Below, in pieces: positions 1 to 14,800 of a DNA stretch of 64,000 nt. Each line of letters starts with the position of its first letter. The first letter of the stretch is position 1. The notes below the pieces were generated by a model that made no database searches, was not told the DNA's origin, and saw only the letters and a program-made list of their open reading frames with translations. The position numbers and the translations under genes are program-made. Where the stretch lies: positions 35,712,001 through 35,776,000 of the forward strand of contig NC_092346.1 in the NCBI RefSeq assembly GCF_963676685.1, given 5' to 3'. The DNA is from Mytilus edulis. Taxonomy: Eukaryota.

Positions 1-151
1 TTAAATATTTAAATATTTATACAGAAATAATGATAACTTACCTTTATGAATAAATGTGATTACAGGTAACGAGAGATACGATTATTGTAATGTTGAAAAT
101 AAATACAGGTTATACAGTAGTGGGCGGTGCTCTCAAATAGTCCTTACTACA

Positions 152-648
152 TTGTATTGGTAGAAATGACTGTCGAGGGAGGCTGTATAGGACATAAACA
201 ACTATATTGTTAAATCATAGCTTCTTGTGGTATATTGAATTGGTAAAAGTTACTGTCAAGGGAGGCTAAACAACTTTAAAAAATTGTTAAATCATAGCTT
301 CTCGTGGTATATTGCATTGGTAAAAATAACTGTCAAGGTAGATTTTTTAGGACATAAACAAATTCAAATATTGTTAAATCGTAGCTTCTCTTGTTACCTT
401 GTATTGGTAGAAATAATTGTCCAGGGAGCCTGTTTTGGACATAAACAGTTTCAAATATTATGAAATAGTCGCTTCTCTTAATATATTGTATTGGTAAAAA
501 TAATTGTCATGGGAGATTTTTTAGGACATAAACAAATTCAAATATTGTTAAATCGTAGCTTCTCTTGGTACATTGTATTGGTATAATATAATTGTCAAGG
601 GAGGCTAAATTGGACATAAACAATGATCAAGTTTGTTAAATCGGTAGC
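152..648. repeat. Degenerate tandem repeat, ~85-95 bp unit, ~5.5 copies (CFAP61 intron)
   Basis: Recurrent gtattggta(g/a)aaataa(c/t)tgtc...ggacataaacaa...tgttaaatc(a/g)tagcttct motif. Confidence 0.85.
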
Positions 649-2156
649 TTGTAATAGATTATTATTGAATTTGATGCTAATAGTTTCATCAATATTTTAA
701 GTGTAATTGTCTTATTTATTTTGATATTATACTTATTGACAAATTTTAATTAACTAGGGATTCATAAGAATTTGTTTGATACAATTTTTGTTGATTTTAT
801 GGTTAAACTCTCTTCTTGCATATCTTCTGTACAAGGACTGTCAAGGTATTTTAAGTCCTTTCTCTCTAGATGTTCCTCTTTATGGTGAAATAGCACTGAA
901 CATATGATCTTTGATTGTCTCTCAGATATATTTTGTTTTTAATTTTAGGAGTTAGTTTTGATAATTTTTTTATTGACAAAAGGTGGATCAAACTTGAGGG
1001 TTCTGAATAATTGACAAAGATTCAATAACAAGAACATCCTTAACATTTCTTTATAATATAAATGTTCAGCAAAAATTGCTGGTATTTTTCTAAAACCAAG
1101 AAAAATTTAATAGAAAATGAATTATTTCCAAAAAATTGTTGCAAAACTTAGGAGTATGTTTTTGTAAAGAAGATATTCATTTTTTTTTTTACAAAAATGG
1201 GGGGGGGGGGGGGTAATCTTTTGAAGCAAAACATATGTCCCTTCAAAGAATAAAATGTCAAAGTATATGAAATTTTAGGTAAATGTCTAAAAATTTCACC
1301 TCATTTATCTATAATTTAGCACATGAGTATATATTTTCATTACATGCTTGAATTAACAAGGAGAAAAAGTGTTGATGGCAAATTTTTGTAAAAAAAAATC
1401 GCTGTTGGATCAAAACTATTGTTTGGCTTTAAGAGAGTTGTACTTAATACTTATAATTGGAATAGGAAGCAGCTTAAAACAGTTTACTCCCTCAACAAAC
1501 CAATCACCTACATAGCCCATGCAAAGTAATTCAGATGAAAAGAGTTTCAATAGAACACAATCATTGTTAATGCCTATTGAGAATTGCAACATGATTATTC
1601 ATGGAATTAAAAAATACTAGGATTGTTATTTGCTTGGAAAGAAGAAACTATGCATAAGAGTATGCGACAAATTGATTCTACATAATTGTACTTTAACGAT
1701 CGTAACACAAGAAATTATTAAACTTTTCACAACATTTATTATTCATTATATCATGATGTTTATCATAAGCTTATGAATGTAGTATACAATGAATGTATAA
1801 GATAGGTAACTGCCAGGCAAGTGGGTAATAGTTCAATATTATTCTGATTAATATCAGAAGTAGATATTCCCTGCGGTATTTTCATATCACAATGTCAAAA
1901 TGACATACCTTTATTATATAATTTATGTAACTTAAGTGATGATGTGAACTGCCTTTTTCTTTCGGGCAATGTCATGCTTGAAAAGGGGCAATGCTAAAAT
2001 ATTTTAAGATTTTATCTTTATAACCTTAAGAGTGCCATTATATATACCTGAGCAAAAGTCATTCTGTTTATAATTGCATAGATAATTTCATGTCAGGAAT
2101 CCAAGACTTAATCTTTGGCTCTTATATAAGTGATGATTATCTGCTAGTTCTTCTGA

Positions 2157-2325
2157 TGTAAAAATTTACTTGTGCAATTTTGCACCAATTGGATACTAAC
2201 TTAATTCTGATAATATTATTTTCTTTTGTAAATTCCCTTATGTAAAAATTTACTTGTGCAATTTTGCACCAATTGCATGGATACTGACTATTCAGATTAT
2301 ATTATTTTTCTTCTGTAAATGCCCC
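2157..2325. repeat. Local tandem duplication (~84 bp x2)
   Basis: atgtaaaaatttacttgtgcaattttgcaccaattg...ttgtaaat occurs at ~2157 and ~2240. Confidence 0.8.
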
Positions 2326-2467
2326 GGTAATTTATTTGTCCACTATGTGCAGGTTATTATATTAATCTTAACAGACATTATCAAAATCTTCCCAATAATT
2401 TCTGATTTTACAGTATTTATCATTATAATTTCATTATGCATGTAAAACATGTGCTTTTTTTTTGTAG

Positions 2468-5400
2468 TTGGCAACAGAAATGCTTAGATTGTTTGATCCT
2501 ACCATGGAGCCACAGACAGCACCTCCAGAAGAAACTCTTAACCTGATACCAATCTACAGGAATCCAAAGATTCAAGGAGGAGTTTTGCCAGGTAATGATC
2601 ATTCTTCGTAAAGGAGAAATATCACCATTGTTTCTCCTCTATAGGCCTTCGTAAAATTTGCACTTTTCAAAAACTTGTGCGAATTTATCTTCGTTTCAAA
2701 TAAAGAAATACTTGGCATGAGTAGAAATTTATACTCAGTACGAAATTTCACATAACATATAATTGCATAAAAGATTATAACCATCACTGGAAGTTAACCA
2801 ATCAAATGTTCACCCCATTTTGTCCTGTGTTCAAGCTTTGGTAACCATGTTACCTGAAGTTTCCAAAGTATTTTATAGAAACACCAAATAAAAAAAATAG
2901 TTCTCTGAAACAACCTAGATATATGTTTATTACTGATTTTTTTTCTGCAGTATTATGTAGGATTAATTTCCTACAACTGTTAAATTCAAAGGAATATTAT
3001 TTTTCTACAATTTTCCCCATGCAACAGGATGTGACATACAAACAGTTCCCAGGTGATTACAGTATTTTTTTAAAGTGCAAAAGATATCTCACATTTGGCA
3101 TTAACTGTGTCATTGTATACAAAATAGCAAAGTGTTTTCATTTTTACAACACCATCAGCAAACAGAACTGTTGACTTAAAGGTTGTTTGCAAATGTTGTT
3201 TTTAAATGATACTAAATTGGTCTTAAAAATTAAAAAAAAATGGAACAATATTTTCTAGGAAAACTTAGACCTAGTAAAAATTGCAAGCATTCATTTGATA
3301 GTATTTAAATATAATGTGTTTATATTTATTTGCAAAAAATAATCAGTTTGAATCTCCCTGGAAATATCAGCAAACAAAATCAGAATTGTACGATCAAATT
3401 AATCGCTTGAGATCATAGATGTTATAGAATACAAAGCATTCAACACTTTTAATGATATTGTTATTTAAACGTTGTCATAACAAACCTTTATTACTGTGGA
3501 AATATTATACTTTGGCAACGACCTTCAAAACTAAAGGATACAAACCGACCTTCAAGAAGTTATTGCTTATCTTTTTAAGTTTTGAAACTTTTTCTGGTGA
3601 TATAATAAGGTATAAAACTCTGATAAAAGAGGCTTATCATAAAATTACATTAGGGTTTATTGATAGACGTCTGATAATTCCTGCAACATCATAGAAAGGA
3701 ACATTTATAATTAATAAGATATCATCATTAATAAAAGAGTAAATCATCTTTATTATCTAACTTTTAATGAAACAGATGAGACCAGAAACAAACTACCATT
3801 TTTTGGGCTTAGTATTACCTGAATCTAGTAGCAAACGCTAAGATCAAACAAACGTGATCGGAATGAAACATCAATACCCAAAGGCTTTGCTGTAAAGATT
3901 TGTGAATAAACTTTGCTGAAGACAAATAAGAAGTAACCTAGCTTTAGATTTCATGTCAAAAGAGTTTTGATTGGCATTTCCAAAGAACTTTAAAGTTTTG
4001 TCTTACAATGAGTTCAAATTTATACAAGCTCAGCTGTTTCTAAGAACTTTTAAGTTCTGTCTTACATGAGTTCTAATTTATGATGGGTTCTTCTCTTGGT
4101 TTAAATAAATGTTCTGAATTAACTTGAAACAAATTTTAGTTTTTAGCTTTCATGTCTTCTGAATTTTAATTGATGTTTTCATAAGTTTGTCTTGCATGAA
4201 TTCCAATTGACGTAGGCACGCTCTTTTAAATAAAATGTTCAGAATTAACTTCAAATAAATTTTAGTTGTGATGATGTCTTCTGTTAGTTTGAAAAGACTG
4301 TCTTGATTTACTGTAAATTCAGAAATTGTTTTATTATATTTATTTTGTGATCAAAGTCAAATGAGTTTTTTATGTTGTTGGAAAAAAGCATTTGCAAAGT
4401 AATCAGTTCAGGTGTCACTCAATTTATGGTCGGTGACCTAATTTCCATGGTTCATTGGTCAAGTATTTGTGATATGGTCAGTTTCTGAATGCATGAAATG
4501 TGAAGTATATTGTTCTATAAAATAGACGTTAGTTTAAAATGTCAACCTCACAAGGCTAACCTGACCTTAACCTCATTTTCATGGTGCATTAGTGTGTCAA
4601 GAACTATAATAACAGTCAATCTTAGGTTTACATGGTAATGCTTATTTGAAATGCAGTTAATAGGAAGGAATCTGCTTGAGTTATTTTTATTATTTCTCTA
4701 GCAAAAAATTCCAACCAAGTTATCAGAAAATGTTAAAAACTGAAATCTTGTTTTTATTTGTCTTGTCTTTAATCTTCCATGTTGCACATTGCATGAAAAC
4801 CATTCATAACAAACATGCATGAATGAAGAAAACTGTTTTGAAACAGTTGATTTCCTTTACATTTGCATTATATTTTTTGTAATTATGTACTCAATCCAGT
4901 TTAAAGTTCTGCAACATTAGTTAGATAGATCTTTGATGAAAGATAAAAAAAAAAAAAAAAACCTGAAAATTTCAAAGACAAAAGTTTCTTTCTCTCACAT
5001 GAATTGACATACTTTCTTTTTTTTAAATTAGAGATAAAAAATAAGTTTCAATTCGAAACATATTTTCTTATTCTCATACACATTGATTGATTGATATTAT
5101 TTTTTCATCAGCTTAAATTTTATCAGATATATGAATCTAAATAATGGTATCACATGAATTTAAAATATGTATCACCAGCTATAAAGATAAGGAGATTTTA
5201 CATTTGCCAATATCCAAACTATCCACCAGAGATCATGTAAACAATCATAGGTTTCCTTCAATAATGAGTAAAATGCATACTGTATTTTTAGACTGAAAAA
5301 TGCCCATGGCAAAAGAAAACCTATACCGCACCCTCCTTTTCCCCTTAAAGTTTTTGAAATGAAATGTAAAGCAACTGTTAAATTTCTTTTTCAATATCAG

Positions 5401-8400
5401 TTCGTGAGTTGTATATATATATATATTTATTGGCATGTAGTCTATAGTTGTGGGTAAAGGATTTGTTAAAAGTTAACAAAACTATATGGTCTTCTCAGAA
5501 CCATGTAGAAGTGCCACGGGGGGGTCTCTTCCTATATAAAGGTATATACATATGTGCCACTGGAATGGGTCCCTTTTTTGATCCGTCAAATATATCAATG
5601 GGGTGCAAATTTACCGAGGAAATATATCAATAGGTAGTAATTGACCGATTGTGATATATCAATGGGGCATAAATTTCAGTTTGTTGTGCAACGATAAATA
5701 TATGAATGGGTTATGATTTCGCTGTGAAATATATGTATAGGTAGGGATTTCACAATTATTCAATATATGAATGGGGGGTGTTTTTAAAATCCCAGCTGCA
5801 CACCTGTACCCAAAATCCCATGTTGAGACCCCCCCCCCCCCCCCCATAACATAAACAGAGAGTTCAAATTGAGTGAATATAAGGTCAAATAAGGCATGTA
5901 TTGCACCCTGTCCTTTACCATTATATCAGAAATATTTTCTATTTTTAGGAGGCTACAATTACTTACACATTGCTAAACCAGGAATGGATATGCCTCTAGC
6001 TGATCAGATGGCACAACATGATTATGTAAGTTAACATTATACAGTTAAAGGCTTTATTTATGCTAACACTACCAAGTTGGATGTATGCAGTGCACTTTAC
6101 ATATTTAAAGGAACATAAGAAGGCTTTACTCAGTGAACTTCAAGTTACCTTATATGTGTATTCTAAGTGACTTAAAATAGTGCCAACTAGATCAACCTCA
6201 TGAATTGCGCTGAAGGGCAGTTTAATATGTATTTCAATAAATTTCATATCATGTACAGATATCCTAAGAAATAGAAGCCTAAGCATTTTAGATTTTTTTT
6301 AAAACATTTTTCTTTTGTCATATGTCCAGAATTTATCAAATTGACTTTCTATCTTCAGGGTAAGGAGTATATAACAGGAGCTACTGACGGAAGTCCAGAG
6401 TACTTCAGGATACATGTGAATCAGTATAACAATATAGAGACTATCACTTGTGTGTCCAAGTCGGTAAGTTGCATATAGATATCATTGATTATAATCAAAG
6501 CTCTCAGTGTATATAAAAAAGAAGATGTGGTATGATTGCAAATGAGACAACTCTTCACAAGAAACCAAATGACACAGAAATTAACAACTATAGGTCACTG
6601 TTCAGTCTTCAACAATGAGCAAAGAACATACCACATAGCCAATGTTAAACAATTCAAACAAGAAAACTAACGGCCTAATTAATGTAGTTCATTTTTAGGA
6701 AGTTGTCAATTAAACTTATTTTCTATCAGTAAATATAGTTTCTAAATTCTATATCATTTGAACTCTAGTTTAAAGTTGTCTTAATAGCAATCATACCATA
6801 TCTCCTTATTTTTAATGTGGCTGATGTGTTCATCATAATTCTAAATTAATTAGGATTGTTAGTTTTCCCCATGAAGGTCATGGTTTTCTCAAGGGAATTT
6901 GCAGCTTTTTCCACCAACAAAAACTGACTAGCCAGAATATAACAAATAGTGCTGAAATTAGGTGTTAAACACCAATAAACAATAAATCAATTAATCTATT
7001 AATGAAAATTAGCATGTATATAAATTTGTAAAAAAAATCATTTTTATTTGTAAATTAAAATAACATAAAAAAATAAATAATAACACTCCTTATGCTCAGA
7101 TTGGTTGTCATCGTGCAACACAGTTAATAACACCATATAGGAAAAACATAGAACTCCTTTTGTCATAAGACATTGTCAAACATCCAAACATACTATCCAC
7201 ACTCATCTGTGTCCACACTTGTAAATTAAAAATATACTTGTTCATTTCAGCCTATTCCATGCAGTAACTTTGTATGTTTGTATGGACTTCATGAGAGATG
7301 TCTGAATAATTTGGTGTCCAGGTTTAATGAAGGACTTATCAAGGACTTTTACACGTATGTATTGAACCTTTGTATTTTCAAATAGAGAACTTTCATTATT
7401 TAAACCACATGATCAGTTCTATTTTATCACCATACAACCTATAATAGGGAAAATTAAACAGTTATCGTAATGTTCTAAAACTTATATTGTAATTTAAACT
7501 TGAGCAAATTAGACCTTTGTGAAATAGTGCAACTAAAAGCTATACAAGAATTACAGTTTCCAAAACAACATTTACTTTTTTTTTTTTTTTTTTATAAATC
7601 AACTTAAAGTATTTTAATACATTAATGAATAATGAGAGATATTGTTGGTGCTAGAATCAGAGAAATACTGTTGGTCAGAGTATGATTTACTTACATGTTC
7701 ATATAATCATCTTGTGATTTTTTTTCATCCTCAGATATTTCTTGGAGACATGGAGTTTGGCAATGTACCATGATAGATTCACAGATTTTCGTGATGAAGT
7801 TAGAGAACTACTGAGCAATAGTCCCGTAAGTAATTTTGATTGTATTGACTTAGCTTGAAATATTTACCACTGAACATTTAGCAGCAAATAAAGCTAATAA
7901 TGGTTTAGTAGATAAATTGATATGATTGGCATGCCTTTTTTTTCACTTCATGGATTCAAAGAAAATTTGGGGGTGGTCAACAAAATTAAAATATGATTTC
8001 AATTTGTCTCATGCGTAACATCCATTATGATAAGTTAATATCAGAAGATTTTATACAATAAACTCAGCTATCTACCTGTTGAAATATTTTTTGCAACTAG
8101 ACAATTTTTCCACTTACAATAATGTAATTTGAAAAGAACAATTTTAGATTAATTAAGAATAGATAATCTGTTGTAATACCTGTCAAGGTCAGTTTTTCAT
8201 TTTCTGTTGCAAATGTCCATTTTTATGCTCAACTGTTGCTGCTATTCAACAAATTACACGCAACATGATGGGGTGACAACACCTTCAAACTAAGAACCAC
8301 TAAAAATGATGCAGTGACAAAATCTTGAAACTATTTAAATATTTTGTGGCATGTTGTTTATCACATGTTATTCTATTTTTAGTAACTCATATCAAAAACA

Positions 8401-10520
8401 TTCTAAAACACAAATGCAATTAGATTGACAGTAGTTATAATGAAAAAAATCACCAATACTGGCTTTATTGACCTATCTGGTTTAATTCTGAATTCAAAGA
8501 TCAATAAATCCTGCCAGCGGTAAATTGAATATTAATTTCCAATCATGAGAGATGAAAGGATGTTTTAACTGTCCCACAATTCCCAGGTTTATAACTAAAT
8601 AAATATAACTAGGAATAATAAAGTTTGTGAAGGAATCTAGTGAAAGGTGTATAAAATCAGTCATTTGTCTAATGATATTTTGATTAAGCTATTGTGATTC
8701 AAAGAGACTGATTAATGAAAACACTGTGATAGTTTATTTTATACATGGATTCTAACTTTGTTGTTATGGAAAAAAAAATCAGTTGTTTTGAGTTATTGTG
8801 AGTTCACTGTATACTGCAGGGAACATATCAAGTGAATAAAAGTAATATTTGGGTAATAAAATTAGTAATTTTGATTAAAAAAACAACTTAAAAATCTTCT
8901 GTGTTTAATAAGTACTCTATGATTGCCTTTTTTTCTCTATTTTTTTTTATAATTAAGCACACTGTTATTCTCAATTCCATAATTTTTAACCTATATTCTG
9001 AATATTTTTTTGTCCCATTGTTCTGCAGTAAACCCCACCCAGACCCTCTGCAAGATAACTTTTTTTGAATGATGAAAAAAGACATAAGAAAAATAAGTTT
9101 AATCTTATGTTGACTATGTAAGGTTTTCTTTTAAAGAAAGGGAACTGCGGTAAAATTTCCAAACAGTATGAAAAAAAATTGAAAGGTATATAGAGGTATA
9201 AAATGAGTTGCTTTCTGGCTTCTGAAATTATGTAAATTAAAAAAAACCATCAAACCTACTAAAATTATGCTAATTCTATTTATGAATTACTAGGCTAATA
9301 TAATCTAGATACTTTAGTTCAGAAATGTCACATGTGGTGTCACTTTTATGGCATAAAAATGTAGAAATTGACACTTTCTGTGACTAAAAATAGCCATTTT
9401 GTTCTTAGTTTTCCATAAAGTCAGAAGATAAGTGTTGGTTTAGCCCCCAGAAGATATTTTACCCTATTTGACAGATTTATAATGCCCGGTGATCTTAAAA
9501 TGCAAGAGGCAAAACAGAATCTTATAATACTCTCTTCTTTTTACAGTTTTAGTTAGATTTGGGTTGATAATGTTTTATTTTATGATTTTAACAGGAGAAA
9601 GGTATAGAAGCGGTAGAAGAGAAGGTCAGACAGATCATTGATGAGGATGTTCCGGTAAGTTAATCATAACAACTGAACATTTATTTCCGCATCCATCAAA
9701 AAAATGTTTCTACATTACACTTGTAGTTGTTCTAAGCCAGAATTTGATGCAATATTGCCTGTTACATTTCTTTTAATTTTATTAATTATTTTTGTTAATT
9801 TATATTTTCCATGGTTGAAGACATCATGTTGATATTTAGTGATATTTGGTTTTAACTTCCAGTTTATAAATTATGGTACCTTCAAAAACTAGTGTTGTAT
9901 GTTTTGTTCAAGACATTTTAGTTTTATGGTCACTCCATATTCAAATATGATTAAGCGAGTGGGGCATTGTTTCCTTTTTCATCTAGATTTAGTCTCAAAT
10001 ATTCAATATTTTTGGCTATCCAAGCTGTTGGTCTCTATTCACATATTGAAAGTATATTAGAAACCGCTTTTAAGCAAACATGAATCAGTGTCATACATTT
10101 TTATGCCCTGCATATCATAATGGGAATAATTAAGTTTTCTGCAGTGTGTTTATTCGTCTGTCCTATAAGAGATTAGTTTTGGCTCAAGGTAGTCTTCAGT
10201 GAAGTCTCAACAACTGGAAACTAAGTACACTCAATCATTTTGATGTGAACCTTTTTAAAATTATATGCTAAATCAGGTTTTTGACCAATATTTCAAAGTC
10301 ACTGAGCATTTAAATTTTTAGTGCAAGAGAGCATGGTGTCCTATTGACACATATTCTTTACTTATTTTTTTTCTTTTAGATGAATGAGTCACAGAAAGAA
10401 CAACTTTTGAAGATCTATCAAGAAACAGGAACCAAACGAGCTGTAGATACCAGATTCCTCAGTTTCTTAAGTTACAATTACTACCATCTGCCAATGTATG
10501 CTAAACCTGGAATGGTTTAG
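2468..10520 (+). CDS. CFAP61: Cilia- and flagella-associated protein 61, 3' part (last 7 coding exons; 5' exons outside window)
   Basis: AG/GT-bounded exons with consistent phases: 2468-2591, 5949-6025, 6359-6463, 7251-7354, 7735-7825, 9595-9654, 10380-10520 (TAG). Spliced protein LATEMLRLFDPTMEP...GGYNYLHIAKP...LYGLHERCLNNLVSRFNEGLIKDFYTYF...YHDRF...FLSYNYYHLPMYAKPGMV* matches the CFAP61 C-terminus as I recall it. Confidence 0.9.
5517..5846. mobile_element. MITE-like non-autonomous element with G/C-run termini
   Basis: Ends GGGGGGGTCTC / GAGACCCCCCC are inverted repeats; internal repeated tatat(c/g)aatggg motif. Confidence 0.6.
6515..6685 (+). repeat. Dispersed repeat family (other copies ~26390-26680, 31065-31152, 39870-40230)
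   Basis: Shared aaaaagaagatgtggtatgattg..aatgagacaact..cacaag..accaaatgacaca..aacaactataggtc. Confidence 0.75.
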
Positions 10521-11063
10521 GGGAGATAACTCTATTATGGTTTCTATACACACTTGAAAATTCATACTGTTTTTTCTCTCGGAGATATCTTTGAAATTTT
10601 CACTGAAGAGTTTACTTTATGAAGAAATTGTTAATTTCATACAATAAATGTGCTTTTCAAATGACTGTACATTAAAGCCTGCTATTGTAAAACCCGGAAT
10701 GGTTTAGGGGAGATAACTCTGTTATTATTTCTATTCATTTGAAAATTCATACTGTTTTTTCTCTCAATAATATATTTAAAATTTTTACTGAGAAGTATAC
10801 TTTATGAAGAAATTGTAAATCTCATACAATAAATGTGCTTTATAAATGACTGTACATAAAAACATGCTATTGTTAAACTAGGAATGGTTTATGGGAGGTA
10901 ATTCTGACTTGTTTCTATACACACTTGGAAATTCATACTGTTTTTTTTCTCTTAGTGATATTTTTGTTTTAATTTTCACTGAAAAGTATACTTTATGAAA
11001 CTGTAAATTTCATACAATGAATATGCTTTATAAATGACTGTACATAAACATATGCTATTGTTA
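10503..11063 (+). repeat. ~185-bp x3 tandem repeat covering the CFAP61 stop codon and 3' UTR
   Basis: aaacc(t/c)ggaatggttta(g/t)ggga... units at 10503, ~10690 and ~10874; the first two contain AATAAA. Confidence 0.85.
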
Positions 11064-11838
11064 ACTGTGATATATAACTATGTCCGTCCTAAACTGTGAT
11101 AGTTTCATGATTGTTTGTGAGATGATTTCTACTGGCTTATACACAGAACACTTTGTTTAATAGATGAATTATTTATATCAAGTGAAAATTTTGTTTAATA
11201 GAAGATTTTTTTTATATTTAGTGCATTGATCTGACCAATTTATGACATACGGAATATAAAAAATAAATAAAATATGACGATTTTGTGGAATACAAAAAAT
11301 GTTTATCAAACTAAGAAAGATGGACCACTCATGTCAGTTTTATAAGATCATGGTTAAAATTTTGGGAATGGTTTGATATCTTGCAAGTTATGCAAAATGA
11401 TTTGTAAGTTATTGTGGATATCATATTTATTTCTTTGTCATTTATTATTGTTTGTGTATAGTATTGAAGGATAATATAAATTCTATTTAAATCTTGATGT
11501 TTGTTTTGTTCTTGTTTGAACTATTGAAAAGATTCACTGACTGTGAAAATGTTTTACATACATGATACAATTAACAAACATACACGGTATAGTTTTATTA
11601 AGTAGCAATATCAAAGCAAAGCAGCCTTATAAGATTCTCTTTGATATTCAAAGTCATTTGACAGTAGTGGTCAATTTTTTTTTGGTTTGCTTCTATATTT
11701 GAAAAAAAACATGTTCTCTTATATTCTAATGAGGTAATATGCTAAGTATACTTGATAATATATTATGCATACAGCAATTTTTTTTTAAATATAATTAGCA
11801 TACAAGTTTCTATCCAATTAGAGTGATTTGTCTTTCAC

Positions 11839-14800
11839 TTATTCCCTTATATGAAGCTGTTTCACTTTCCCTTCCTCAATTTGGTCGAGATAGTTATACA
11901 TGTAGTCATCAGCGAAATGTAACACCTGTTGTAGGGTCAGTAGAGCTAAAATATTCACATTTTCATTCAGTTCCATCTCTGATTCATAATTCTTGATTGG
12001 TAAAATGTGTGACCTTGGAAGCCCCATTATCTGTGATACTCTATCTACAGTTTCCTGAATGACAGGACTGTAGAATACTTGGGATATATCCTCAGCTGTA
12101 GCCTCACACACTTTGTCTATCTTGGTAAGCAAAACTACTTGGGGAATTCCTGTAAAATTTAAAATAGTATTAGTTATATTTCTTTAAGGTCTAGAACATG
12201 CATACATTCCAATTTTTTTTGTTTGCATTGAATTTAGTATTTACAGAGGTGTTTACTTGTACGGATTGTCCGTATTTTACACGGATTTTTTAATAAAATT
12301 ACTCAATACGGATTTGTCATGAAAAAGTACGGATTTTCTACCAACCCGGAAAAAAATCATAATTGCTGCCGTTTACGGCGATTGGTATCTAAAAGGCGCT
12401 TTTCTGACCGGGAATCGCCACTCTTTAAAGCTCAAAATGATAGCGATCAAGTTTATTTCATGGTCGGTCTAAATCGCAGGAGGTAAGTTTTTTATTTTAT
12501 TTTCTATGTGTAGGCAGGAGATGTGAATGATCCATATCTCCCACATGTCTCTTATTTTCTTTCTAATGAAACCAAACTTTATTGGCCTGGGCATTTAGGG
12601 AGGGGGTAATGAAATGTTAAAATCCTAGGAGGGGTGCTGCCGAAATTTTTTTTAGGGTTGGACTTAGTTTTTGTGGGGGAGGGAGGTAGAAGGAGGTCTT
12701 GTACTGTAGTGTTTTGAAATGAAATATTCCAGACCTGCCTATTTGTCTGACAGAATTTGAATGAGATTTTAAATGTACATATCTTGTTTCTTTATAAGTA
12801 CACAGTGAATACCAGATTTGCATGTATTGACTTTTTTCAAACTTAAGCTCAACTTTTTTTCAAATCATGCAAATTTTAGGTTATAATCTTTGTTGCAAAA
12901 ATATCTGAATAAGACTGCAGATACTGTCAGAATGCAGGAAATTGCATCTAATTTTTCAAATTTTTTTTGAGGGGGCATGCCCCCAAACCCCCCTAGATGG
13001 TGAGTGCCGCTTCGCGGCACTCACCAAGAGTATTACTGACAACATTGCAACAACTACTGACAATACTACTGAGAGACATCATGTTGGGTAAACATGTCTG
13101 TATTTATAAACATTCATTTGCAACACCCAACATTAAAGTATGTTTTTATTTTGGTTTACCTTGCTCATCTTTTTCTACTTTGTGATGCAATGAAAGTTTG
13201 ATTTTGTGTTCACTTTGAAATGCTAGCACTCTTCTGTCTTTTTGAGAGACTTTTAAAAGAGGGACGAACTATACCAAAGGGACAGTCAAACTCGTAAATC
13301 TAAAACAAACTGACAACGCCATGGCTAAAAATGAAAAAGACAAACAAACAACAGCACACACGACACAACATAGAAAACTAAAGAATAAACAACACGAACC
13401 CAACCAAAAAACTAGGGGTGATCTCAGGTGCTCCGGAAGGGTAAGCAGATCCTGCTCCACATGTGGCACCCGTCGTGTTGCTTATGTGATAACAAATCCG
13501 GTAAATGGTCTAATTCGGTAGGTCACATTTGTAAAGGTGTAATTAGTTTGAGAATAGTTATATTAACAATTTGACCTGTTTTGTGCAACTCGTAGTAATG
13601 GCATATCCAACCGACCTCAGAAGACCATCAAAGTCACTCAAGACCTGTTGCTAAATATGATAAAGACTTGTATTCTATTTGGATATTACTTCAAGCATAC
13701 CAGATAACATAATTCCAACTACTTAGTCAATAAATGAATAGTGTCTTGACATAACTCTATCCTATATGATTTTATCACGAATTTTATTATCTTTCAACAT
13801 TATAGGTATTTTGCTATTTCTATATCAAATAGATTAACATGTTGAAGAAACATTATTTCAAACCTCTTTGATTCATACGCAGCTGTAGGTTTTTCATCCT
13901 CTCAATAACCTTCTCTGGAATAACATCAACAATGCTTCCGTCCAGTACAAATATGACACAGTGGATTTTGTCACTAAGACTAGGACTAACAACAAATCCT
14001 GGTGTATCTCCTGATATTGGTACTGAAGGATTAAACTGTGAAAAGAGATATAAGATACCAAAGGGGTTAAGGAAAATAATTAGTTCAATAAAGAAAACAT
14101 GGCATCAAATTTAAAATGACAAAAAGAGAAACGTTAATAAGAAAATATAACAACGAACAGAAATCAATAGATGAAGCAACATAGACCCAAACAACAAGCA
14201 GGAAGGAACTTAGGTGCAAGGGCATGTTGACAGCAGCACATATGACTGATTCCATAGTCTTTTCAAAGAAGTGAGTTGACAGTAATATTTTATATCAATG
14301 ATTATGTGATTTGGTTCTGAACTTACTTTTAGCTTCTTAGAACTGCTCAAAATAGTTAGATTTATTTCCCTGTAATATTCCATTAAATTGATACTTTCTC
14401 TCATTTATGTTATTCCTTGAAATGTATGCAAATCCTTTCTCAGACCTTTCAAAAAAACATTTACCAAAAAATCAGTTAAACAGTATGCAAAAAAACCCGA
14501 ATACAAACACAAATGAAAATTTTACAAAAAGACTACCAACTTAATTAAACGTTGTACATATGAGGGTATCGTCAACATGTGAGAGATAAGATAAGTCTTC
14601 AATACTCTTTTTATTAATAAAAAAAGCTTTCAAAATACCTGGTGTCTATCAGGTAAATTTCCATCAAGAAGGTAATTCATTTCATGAGAATCAATCCCTT
14701 GGTCAGCTTCAAGTCCTCTGGTGTCATGAAGTCTAAAATTCATTGGTGTCCCTGATTGCCCATTTCTGATTTGATACATTCGGTACTAAATAGAAATTGT

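Noticed and set aside
1-70. Additional CFAP61 exon at the window start
   Set aside because: The candidate AG..GT segment does not translate into CFAP61-like sequence and contains stops in the required frame.
13269-13521. Short ORFs on both strands (also 35900-36202)
   Set aside because: They fall in the non-coding terminal repeat of the Penelope-like family.
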